Source of the DNA: Candidatus Woesearchaeota archaeon
Lineage (GTDB): Archaea > Nanobdellota > Nanobdellia > Woesearchaeales > UBA10216
NCBI GenBank assembly: GCA_016192945.1
Contig: JACPTE010000021.1
Location: 3,989-67,988 of the forward strand
Direction: 5' to 3'
DNA length: 64,000 nt
This document shows positions 8,495 to 16,974 of this stretch, in pieces. Made by a program: the position numbers and the translations under genes. Numbering within the stretch: the first letter of the stretch is position 1; the number at the start of each line of letters is the position of its first letter. The notes below the pieces were generated by a model. It had not been told where the DNA came from. It was given only the letters and a program-made list of their open reading frames with translations, and did no database searches.

Positions 8495-10770
8495 ACTATC
8501 GAAACAGAATCAAAAACAGCACCCCTCGGAAGATTAGCAGCAGAAAATACCATGATATCATTATCAGGGTCAGAACCACTCACAACAAAACTTAACAACA
8601 TACCCTCATCCACAACCCTATCACCAACAGGATTAAGAACCGGAGCACGATTAACATCACCAACAACAATGCTAATAGTCTCCGAATCAGACAACACACC
8701 ATCACTCACAGCAAAAGACACACTATAAGAACCAGACTGATCAAAACCAGGAGACCACGAAAAAGACCGCGTAGACCGGTCAAAAACAGCACCAACAGGC
8801 AAACCAGAAGCTGAAAAACTCAACACATCACCATCAACATCAGAACCACTCACAACAAACTCCAAACGCCCACCCTCAACCACAACCCTATCACCAACAG
8901 GGCTCAAAACAGGAGCATGATTAACTGGAGGGGATGATACTTGAACAGACAGAGCGTCGTTAGGGCCGCAATCAGCCCAACCAGAAGGCAAGCCAAAGGG
9001 ATTACCACTACACCTGTTTCCAAAAGAATCATAACCATTCACAACAACATAATATGTATCCGCATCCCGGGGAGTCCACGAAGCTGAAACACTCCCAGAA
9101 TTACCTGACAGGGCAGAGCTGCCAATATTGCACCATTCGCCAGTAACCCTCCCAGGACAACCATAAGGATAATTAACACCACTGGAAGTTGAAACCCAAA
9201 CCTCACCCTTATTAATGTTAAAGCCATTAACCTGAGCTGAATAATTTAATTGGCTGCCAACAACCCCTCTTGCAGGACCTGTGATAGAAGCTGTTGGGGC
9301 AGAACTTGCCACAGTAACAGCTACACGGTCGTTAGGGCCGCAATCAGCCCAGCCAGAAGGCAAACCAAAGGGATTACCACTACACTTCCTGCCGTCATTC
9401 TCATAAGCGTTTACAACAACATAATAAGAGCCAGGATTCTGCGGAGTCCACGAAGCTGAGAAGCTTCCGCTGCTGCCTGAAATAGGCACAGTAGCAATAT
9501 TACACCATTCGCCAGTAACCCTCCCAGGACAACCATAAGGATAATTAACACCACTGGAAGTTGAAACCCAAATCTCGCCGCTCTTCAATCCGCCAGACTG
9601 GCTTGAAGTGAACGAATAAGAATCCAGCGCCCCAAACCTGGGGTCTGACGGATTTGCTGATTCCCTCCCCAAATCAACAAAATTCCAGCCACTGCAGGAA
9701 GACCAGTCAACACCAAGATTGCCTGAAGCATCCATATTGCACTTGCGATACCAACTGCGCCTGCCATTAATATGAATCAAAGACTGGGCAAGATAAGACC
9801 TCCCATCACTGCCTGTAAATGTGTAAGATGACAAGCCGCCATACCTCGAATCAACAGGGTCAGCAGCCTCAGCAGAAACATCAACAAATCTCCAATCAGT
9901 GCAGGAGGGCCAGTCAACACCAATATTCTTAGTTGAATCCATAGCACAGGAGCGATACCAACCGCGCCTGCCATCAACATGAATCAAAGACTGGGCAAGA
10001 TAAGACCTCCCATCACTGCCTACATATTCATAAGCATCAAGGCTTGAGTATCGCGGGTCAGAGGGATTGGCAGACTCCCCAGCCAAGTCAACAAAATTCC
10101 AGCCAGAGCAGCTTCGCCAGTCAACGCCATTGTAACTTGACGTGCTCATGGCACACTTCCTATACCAGCTGCGCCTGCCATCAACATGAATAAGTGCCTG
10201 AATAAGGTAATTAGAGCTGCTTGCAACTGGAGCCCCGCTAACCTGGGCATTATAAGTAAGCGAATCACCAACCTTTCCGCTGCCAGGGCCGCTGACAGAA
10301 GCAACCAGAGGAACTGAAGGCGCTGGAGCAGGTGAAGGAGGAGGTGAAGGAGTGGGAGATGGAGCAGGAGGCGGGCTAGGGCCTGGAGATGGAGAAGGTG
10401 AAGGGCCGCACCATGCGCCGCAGGCAGAATCAAACTGCGTTCCAAGAACATCATAACTGCAATCAGCATTCTGACGAACATGCCTGCTCTCCAAACAGGA
10501 AAAACACTCATTATACTCTCTGGGAGTGCAAGACGGAGCTGGAGGGGAAGGGGCACACCCCGCGCTGCAGGCAGAATCAAACTGAGTGCCCAAAACATCA
10601 TAACTGCAATCAGCATTCTGACGAACATGCCTGCTCTCATGGCAGCTTCCAGTGCACTCATTATACTCACGGGGAGTGCACTCGTCTGCAGAAACAAAAG
10701 GAACTACAAAGAAGATTACCAAAACGGCTGCAATGAACGCCAACACCCAGGATTTATTTCCAATGTTCAT
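8479..10770 (-). CDS. Secreted modular repeat adhesin-like protein, N-terminal part
   Basis: ATG 10770 plus signal peptide; 2 Cys-rich repeats, Pro-rich linker, 3 ~70-aa Trp/Cys repeats, 2 ~124-aa Ig-like repeats and cadherin-like N.AP..DxDGD repeats; frameshift near 8500. Confidence 0.75.
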   Translation of the reverse strand: MNIGNKSWVLAFIAAVLVIFFVVPFVSADECTPREYNECTGSCHESRHVRQNADCSYDVLGTQFDSACSAGCAPSPPAPSCTPREYNECFSCLESRHVRQNADCSYDVLGTQFDSACGAWCGPSPSPSPGPSPPPAPSPTPSPPPSPAPAPSVPLVASVSGPGSGKVGDSLTYNAQVSGAPVASSSNYLIQALIHVDGRRSWYRKCAMSTSSYNGVDWRSCSGWNFVDLAGESANPSDPRYSSLDAYEYVGSDGRSYLAQSLIHVDGRRGWYRSCAMDSTKNIGVDWPSCTDWRFVDVSAEAADPVDSRYGGLSSYTFTGSDGRSYLAQSLIHINGRRSWYRKCNMDASGNLGVDWSSCSGWNFVDLGRESANPSDPRFGALDSYSFTSSQSGGLKSGEIWVSTSSGVNYPYGCPGRVTGEWCNIATVPISGSSGSFSASWTPQNPGSYYVVVNAYENDGRKCSGNPFGLPSGWADCGPNDRVAVTVASSAPTASITGPARGVVGSQLNYSAQVNGFNINKGEVWVSTSSGVNYPYGCPGRVTGEWCNIGSSALSGNSGSVSASWTPRDADTYYVVVNGYDSFGNRCSGNPFGLPSGWADCGPNDALSVQVSSPPVNHAPVLSPVGDRVVVEGGRLEFVVSGSDVDGDVLSFSASGLPVGAVFDRSTRSFSWSPGFDQSGSYSVSFAVSDGVLSDSETISIVVGDVNRAPVLNPVGDRVVDEGMLLSFVVSGSDPDNDIMVFSAANLPRGAVFDSVSIVCLLL

Positions 10771-10804
10771 TTTATCCCCTGACAAATCCAAAGCTCTTAA
10801 ACTT

Positions 10805-12640
10805 TTAACGAAGAGGCATGAGCTTGTAATCGCCGTAACCCAGTCTCTGAGCCAAGCCAACAAAGGCAGGCTTTGCAAGCGGGACATTAACCTTTCCCAG
10901 CCTGCCTGCGTCGTCAGTCACAACAGCAGTGACCATGTAAACAACCTTATCCCCTATCTTAAGCGGATAAAGCACCAAGCCAGTCCTCCCATCACCCAAC
11001 AATTCGCCGTTGACGAGCCTGCCATCCAATGAATCCCTCAAAGACCTTGCAGACTGGGAGCTCCCTTCAATTGAAGATCCAGCAGGATAAATCTGCATGA
11101 GCGCTTCTCTTGAAGAAGCCTCTACAACAGGCAGCAGGTAATCAATAGACACCCTTCTCGCATCCGGGGAGAAATTCTGATATGGCGAAAAAGGGAGCCT
11201 GTTGGCATCAGCTGTCCATCCCCCGCCATGATTGACTGTGAAAACTGGAGCAATGCCCTGCACAGCAGGCGTTGGGACTGCTGTTGATGTAGAAGGTGGT
11301 GTAGGAGTGACATAAGCAGTTGCGGTGGCAGCTGGAGTCTGAGGCTGTGGAGTATAAGTAGATGTTGCAGTAAATGTAATAGTAGCTGAAGGAGTGTAAG
11401 TTGCAATAACAGTAACAGCAGAAGGCGTTACTGTTGAAACCGGAGTGTACGTGGAGGCAGCAGGAATTGTCTGTGATGCTGGAGGAGACTGGGCAGGAGA
11501 TGGCTTAGGGCCTGGAATAGCAGTGCTTGTTGCAGTTGATGTTGGGGGAACCCTGCTTGGAGTGGCAGTTCCTGTGGCTGTTGAATAAGCAGTTGCAGTA
11601 GATGTAGCAGTTGAAGTCCTTGTTGAAGTGCCAGTTATAACAGGAGGGGCAACAGGAGGGGCTGCAGCAGGGATTACAGCAGACGCTGATGGCGCAGGAG
11701 TAAATGTGATTACAGGCGTATTAGTGGGAGTGGGTGTTTCAGTAAGGGTTGGAGTAGGAGTTGATGTTGGAGTGTCGCCCCCAAGAGCAGGTGGAAGGGA
11801 TGGCCTTGCAGTGCAGTAATCCAGAGCCAAAACTGTTATTGCAACTGCTGCAAACCCAGCAGCCCCGGCAAACATAGCCTTCCTTGATGGAAACTGGATT
11901 TGCCCTTGAGGAGCCAGGTAATCAATAATTTTCCTGTAATCAGCCACAAACATCTTCCGCCATGTCTCTGCAATCCTGCTGGAATCGTTATCAGGCAAAA
12001 ACATTATCTTTTCAAGGGCAGACATATTTGTAACAGCATAATTCCTGAAAACAATCTGGCTTTCAGTGACATCCTGCAAAACCAATCCGCCTGAAAGCCC
12101 AACCCGCCTCAAGGCAGAGCCAAAAAAAGACGTATTCACTGCAACAGGCCCTGACCTGTCCAAACCAGCGAGAAATCCAAGCTCGTTCATCTGCATAAGA
12201 TACCTTCTGAAGTATCTTGAATTCAAAAGATTCTCTAACTCACCCCTTGAAACTTCATGAGGATGCCCAGAATTCAACTGGTCTGCAAAGTTCTGCCAGA
12301 ATTCGTGAATTGACTCAATCCTGTTTCTGCTCGGAAGCACATCCATCAAATCAGGATTGCTTACGACACCGTCCAGGGTAGTGTAGTTAAGTATGTCAAG
12401 GGAATAATCATCAGGAACCAACGTTAAATGGGCGTTTCCCCATTTAGCAGCTGTTATAGCGATGTTCTGGACCACATATTCCTGTCCTGCCACCACCAAC
12501 CTGGGGAGATTATCATCTGATTCAGGAATAATTGCCCAATCAGCCCTGTTTCCATCAGCCCTGTAAGGAGCCAGGTGCTTAAGCCAATCACTTAATGCAA
12601 CCTTCTGAGAATTATCCATAACAGCTTGTGCAGCAGGCAT
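10805..12640 (-). CDS. Hypothetical single-pass membrane protein with a long Thr/Pro-rich stalk
   Basis: 611-aa ORF; TM at AMFAGAAGFAAVAITVLAL; ~170-aa TPTSTPT/TATSTAT region. Confidence 0.7.
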   Translation of the reverse strand: MPAAQAVMDNSQKVALSDWLKHLAPYRADGNRADWAIIPESDDNLPRLVVAGQEYVVQNIAITAAKWGNAHLTLVPDDYSLDILNYTTLDGVVSNPDLMDVLPSRNRIESIHEFWQNFADQLNSGHPHEVSRGELENLLNSRYFRRYLMQMNELGFLAGLDRSGPVAVNTSFFGSALRRVGLSGGLVLQDVTESQIVFRNYAVTNMSALEKIMFLPDNDSSRIAETWRKMFVADYRKIIDYLAPQGQIQFPSRKAMFAGAAGFAAVAITVLALDYCTARPSLPPALGGDTPTSTPTPTLTETPTPTNTPVITFTPAPSASAVIPAAAPPVAPPVITGTSTRTSTATSTATAYSTATGTATPSRVPPTSTATSTAIPGPKPSPAQSPPASQTIPAASTYTPVSTVTPSAVTVIATYTPSATITFTATSTYTPQPQTPAATATAYVTPTPPSTSTAVPTPAVQGIAPVFTVNHGGGWTADANRLPFSPYQNFSPDARRVSIDYLLPVVEASSREALMQIYPAGSSIEGSSQSARSLRDSLDGRLVNGELLGDGRTGLVLYPLKIGDKVVYMVTAVVTDDAGRLGKVNVPLAKPAFVGLAQRLGYGDYKLMPLR

Positions 12641-12772
12641 GGCTCCAGAAAAACAATCGGATTATTTAAAGTTTATTATTTTTACCATTTAAAAGTAGAT
12701 TCTGAATGACCCTATTAAGTTGAAGTACTTAAGCTGGGATATATGAAAGGGCGTTTTTCCAGCAGAGGTTCA

Positions 12773-13978
12773 TTAAAACCTGAATGGCATGCCTGGCGGA
12801 ATATCGCCCCTATATCCTATTTGAGAGTGCCTTTTTGCACCAATTTTCAGGAACCCTGGCAGCCTTTCCTGATGATAACGCCTGAAATAGGCAGCAGTGC
12901 AGGCCGGAAATGCAGAAATAACAGGAACCAGCTTGTCAGCCGCAGTCAAGCCAGCCATAACATGGTCCTTATAGGCACTTTCTATGAATGCAACAGCACC
13001 AGCGCCTAAAACAACAGTTGCAATGTAACCTGCTGGAGGAACAACCAGCTGCAGTGCAGTCGCCCCAGCAACCAATGCATCTATCGCAATTCCGCCAGCC
13101 AGCTTTGCTTTCCTTGACACTTCCCTTTCCAAATCAATCTCCCTGGCAGTCCTGATTCTCTTCCTCGGGTTTCCATTAGAAATATTCATTACGCCAAGCG
13201 AAGGAACAGCCAAGCCGATGTGCGGGAGATGCAGCAGGCTCTGCTGAGCAGCATGTTTTTCAAGCCCTGCATACAAAGGCCTGGCAACACCAACCTGGTG
13301 CCTCAACAGCTTATCAAGATATATGTTGCCAAATGAAGCCCCCTCCAATTCCATAATGCTCACATAACCCTTTCCATTTATTAAGTATTCTGTTCCCCTT
13401 CTTGATTTCCTGTGAGAAACATTCAGAGGGAACATGTCTGGGCTGCTTAAGCCTTCATTCTTGGCAATGGACAGGAATTTTTCAAGCGTGAATGAGTTAA
13501 CACATCTCAAAACAGAATCAACAGGATAAGGGGTTTCCATAGAATCAGACTCCCCTGAATTGGCAGGATTCAACATGCAAATAACCTGCTTAACTGAAAA
13601 ATAAAATAAATCAATCCTGGAGAATAATCCGTGTTTTTCAAGCCCTGAGAGAAGCTCAACGCCATCCCCCGGAACCTCCCTGGTTTCGCCTGTAAAGCTG
13701 TCAGACTCCCTGTTAAACCTTGCTTTTGCGAATTTTACCCTGGCAGAATAAAAACTTGAGTTGTCAACTTCCATAACAGCCCATCTTTCATTCCCAATTA
13801 CAGACACCTCACCAACAGTAACAGGGCAGGCATCAAGATGATAAAATGGGCTGTATGTCAGGCATTCAAATGTAAAAGCCCTGTCCAGTAGCGACTCCAA
13901 ATCCCTCCTTTTTATTTCAGGACGTGCCATTGCAAGAGGGAATCTGGAATCATATTTAAAATTTATCCAAGCAACCAC
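12773..13978 (-). CDS. Hypothetical protein with a C-terminal hydrophobic hairpin
   Basis: ~400-aa ORF, no recognisable motif; true start may be downstream (MARPEIK). Confidence 0.55.
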   Translation of the reverse strand: MVAWINFKYDSRFPLAMARPEIKRRDLESLLDRAFTFECLTYSPFYHLDACPVTVGEVSVIGNERWAVMEVDNSSFYSARVKFAKARFNRESDSFTGETREVPGDGVELLSGLEKHGLFSRIDLFYFSVKQVICMLNPANSGESDSMETPYPVDSVLRCVNSFTLEKFLSIAKNEGLSSPDMFPLNVSHRKSRRGTEYLINGKGYVSIMELEGASFGNIYLDKLLRHQVGVARPLYAGLEKHAAQQSLLHLPHIGLAVPSLGVMNISNGNPRKRIRTAREIDLEREVSRKAKLAGGIAIDALVAGATALQLVVPPAGYIATVVLGAGAVAFIESAYKDHVMAGLTAADKLVPVISAFPACTAAYFRRYHQERLPGFLKIGAKRHSQIGYRGDIPPGMPFRF

Positions 13979-14045
13979 TAATCAGTCAGAATATTATTCC
14001 TGACCCATCAACAAAACTTTTAAACTCCTGAAGAATACTTAAACT

Positions 14046-15115
14046 ATGATAACAATAATAGGCGCAGGGGCTGCAGGAAACTATGCAGCATACCTGCTGG
14101 CGGAGAAGGGCTTTGAAGTGCAGGTGTTTGAGGCAAACAGCACAATCGGAACGCCAATTGCGTGCACCGGAATACTGACATCCTACTTTGACACCCTTGT
14201 TGAGCCGAAAAAGGAATTCATAGCCAACGAGATATCTTCATCAAGGATATACTCTCCAAACGGGGAGTTTGCCCAGATAAACTTCAGGCATCCCAACAGG
14301 ATTCTTCACAGGAACCTGCTGGACCAGCACGTGGCAAAAATGGCAGCCAATGAAGGCGCAGAATACCACCTTGAGCAGAAAAGCTAAAGATAAAAAACCT
14401 GAAAACAGAAGAGGAGTTTGAAACAGAAACCAAACTGCTGATAGGCGCAGACGGGCCTGCAAGCAGGGTTGCAAAGAACAACGGGCTTTACGGGAAAAGG
14501 ACACTTTACTCCGGGCTGCAGGCAACTGCAAAAATGGAGAATGACAACATAATAGACTTCTACCCGAGCGAGAAGGGCATAGCATGGGTAGTGCCAGAAT
14601 CAAAAGACAAGGTAAGGATAGGGATAGCAGGGCTGAAGGAGCCGCACACATACTTTGACAGATTCTGCACAACGATACTTGGAAACGATTACAAGGAAAA
14701 GCTTATTGCAAAGCAGGCAGGCCCCATACCATTATACAACCCCCACATAAAGACACAAATAAAAAATACATATATAATAGGAGATGCCGCAACAATGGTG
14801 AAAGCAACAACCCTCGGCGGGATAATGCAGAGCCACATCGCAGCGCAATGCCTCAGCACATCAATAACAGAAAGAAAAAATTATGAGCGGGCATGGAGAA
14901 AAAGGCTTGGAAAAGACCTGTGGATGCACTTAATGATGAGAAAGGCAATGGACAAGTTCAAGGCAGATGACTACAACAGGCTCATCAGGATGTTCAAAAA
15001 GGAGAAGAACAGGCGGATTCTTGAGGAGCATGACCGCGATTTCCCCACAAGGTTTGCAATGAAGCTGCTTTTCAATGAGCCAGGGCTGATGTATTTCTCC
15101 AAATTCCTTGTATAA
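14046..15115 (+). pseudogene. Geranylgeranyl reductase family FAD oxidoreductase, frameshifted near 14380
   Basis: IIGAGAAG dinucleotide fold and ACTG in ORF1; LLIGADGPAS, IIGDAA and GGI in the shifted frame. Confidence 0.8.
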
Positions 15116-15138
15116 TATCCTCGCATAATGGGCTGTAA

Positions 15139-15951
15139 ATGAACATGAACTCAACAATGAAGCTCAACAACGGCGTTGAGATGCCGATTATAGGACTAGG
15201 CACATGGAAGATGCCTGATGGAAAGACAGCAGAGCAGGCAGTGCTTTGGGCGCTTGAGGCAGGATACAGGCACATTGACACTGCAGCGATTTACGGGAAC
15301 GAGGCCAGCGTTGGCCGTGCAATAAAGAAAAGCGGCATTCCAAGAAACGAGCTTTTTATCACAACAAAGCTATGGAATGAGAACCATGACGACCCGGAAA
15401 GGGCTTTTAATGACAGCCTTGGCAGGCTGGGCCTGGATTATGTTGACCTTTACCTCATCCATTTCCCGGTCCCTGAAAGGAATGAGTCCTGGAGGGTTCT
15501 GGAAAAGCTGCATATCCAAAAAAGATGCAGGGCAATTGGAGTCAGCAATTTCACAATAAGGCATCTTGAGCAGCTGCTGAAGACTGCGAAGGTTGCCCCT
15601 GCTGCCAACCAGGTGGAATTTCATCCGTATCTTTACCAGAAGGAACTGCTTGATTACTGCAAAGAGAAGGGAATTGCAGTGGAGGCGTATAGCCCCCTGA
15701 CTCACAAGGTTAAGCTTAACGACAAAAAGCTGGCCGGAGTAGCAGCCAGCTATGGCAAGTCCCCAGCCCAGATTCTCATAAGGTGGTGTGTTCAGAGGGG
15801 CATGGCGGTTTTGCCAAAATCAGTGCATAAGGAGCGCATTTCTGAGAATGCTGATGTTTTTGATTTTGAGATATCAGAAAAAGACATGGGGCTTCTTGAT
15901 GGCTTTAATGAGGGCTTGAGGACCTGTTGGGACCCTACTGATGCTCCCTGA
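15139..15951 (+). CDS. Aldo/keto reductase (2,5-DKG reductase-like)
   Basis: GLGTW, GYRHIDTAAIYGNE, LFITTKLW, DLYLIHFP, IGVSNF, NQVEFHPY, AYSPL, PKS motifs. Confidence 0.95.
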   Translation: MNMNSTMKLNNGVEMPIIGLGTWKMPDGKTAEQAVLWALEAGYRHIDTAAIYGNEASVGRAIKKSGIPRNELFITTKLWNENHDDPERAFNDSLGRLGLDYVDLYLIHFPVPERNESWRVLEKLHIQKRCRAIGVSNFTIRHLEQLLKTAKVAPAANQVEFHPYLYQKELLDYCKEKGIAVEAYSPLTHKVKLNDKKLAGVAASYGKSPAQILIRWCVQRGMAVLPKSVHKERISENADVFDFEISEKDMGLLDGFNEGLRTCWDPTDAP

Positions 15952-16293
15952 TTACTTTCTCTTCTTTCCAGCCTCATCAATCGCTATCTTCCTTACAATG
16001 TCCTCAATCTTTTTCTGGTTCCTCATTGAGACCCTGTAAGTGTAGAACGACACAGCTATCAGGAACATGAAACCTGTTATGATGAGAAGGTCAAGCTTCC
16101 TTCCTATGTTAAGCGAGCTTACCACCGGGTTAAGTATTTCAGGGAATATTGACAGGAACATGAACACAGCAGACATTGCCGTCCAGAAAATCCACTCGTT
16201 TATTGTGAATTCCCTCCTTTTAAGGTTCAGGAATGAAAAGTAAATCAGCATGAACCCGAACAAGGCGCCAAATATCTGCAATACTTCAACCAT
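15952..16293 (-). CDS. DUF2304 family membrane protein
   Basis: 3 TM helices, FPE....S..L.IGR..D motif, C-terminal IEDIVRKIAI; typically follows a GT2 gene. Confidence 0.8.
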   Translation of the reverse strand: MVEVLQIFGALFGFMLIYFSFLNLKRREFTINEWIFWTAMSAVFMFLSIFPEILNPVVSSLNIGRKLDLLIITGFMFLIAVSFYTYRVSMRNQKKIEDIVRKIAIDEAGKKRK

Positions 16294-16296
16294 TCT

Positions 16297-16974
16297 TTAC
16301 CTCGTGAATTTCCACCAGACCATTTTCATAACTATGGCAAGGCCATCAAGGGGTGTGGTGCCCTTGTACTTGTCCACGTAAATCGTCTCAACAGGAATCT
16401 GCCTGAACCTGAGCCTGTGCTTGCCCACGAGGGCTATCATCTCTGACTCCACACTGTAGTCATGGGCTGTCCACCTTATATCCTGGTATGCCTGCCTTGT
16501 GAAAGCCCTGTAACCGCATTGCGTGTCCCTGATGCTTATCCTGAAAAGCAGCTTGATTGCAGTTCCAAGCATCCAGTTGCCTACTTTCATAACCAGAGGC
16601 ATGCGGCTGTTCAGTTCCCTGTAACCGAAGACTATATCCGCACCATCCAATGCCCTTATGAAGCTGGGGATTTCATCAGGCTCGTGCTGGGCATCAGAAT
16701 CAAGCACGATTATCGCGTCAGCTCCCCTGCTTATTGCGTAATCGCAGCCTGTTTTCAATGCAGCCCCCTTGCCTATGTTTATGATATGCCTGAGAACAGC
16801 AACACCAGTCTTCATTGCCAGCGAATAAGTCCTGTCCCTGCTCCCGTCATCAACAACTATTATCCTTTCACAACTTATGTGGCTCAGGGCTTTTTCTATC
16901 ACGCCGGATATGTGCCTTTCCTCATTGTATGCCGGTATTACAGCAAAAATCCTCATTTTTCCCTGATTGCTCAT
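16297..16974 (-). CDS. GT2 glycosyltransferase (DPM1-like)
   Basis: IPAYNEE, VVDDGSRD, GKGAAL, DSDAQH, DTQCGYRA. Confidence 0.92.
   Translation of the reverse strand: MSNQGKMRIFAVIPAYNEERHISGVIEKALSHISCERIIVVDDGSRDRTYSLAMKTGVAVLRHIINIGKGAALKTGCDYAISRGADAIIVLDSDAQHEPDEIPSFIRALDGADIVFGYRELNSRMPLVMKVGNWMLGTAIKLLFRISIRDTQCGYRAFTRQAYQDIRWTAHDYSVESEMIALVGKHRLRFRQIPVETIYVDKYKGTTPLDGLAIVMKMVWWKFTR

Noticed and set aside
8450..10700. Near-identical DNA repeats as a CRISPR array or DGR template/variable pair
   Set aside because: Repeats are in-frame protein domains, lack a repeat-spacer period, and no cas or reverse transcriptase gene is in the window
11280..11780. Low-complexity repeat region
   Set aside because: Encodes a Thr/Pro linker, not an independent DNA repeat
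3580..14000. Provirus or integrated element at the tRNA-Trp 3' end
   Set aside because: No integrase or viral hallmark genes, and I saw no duplicated tRNA 3' end in the window
14380..14390. Programmed frameshift or stop readthrough in the GGR gene
   Set aside because: The stop is TAA with a frame change and no evident stimulatory structure; a deletion or assembly error is simpler
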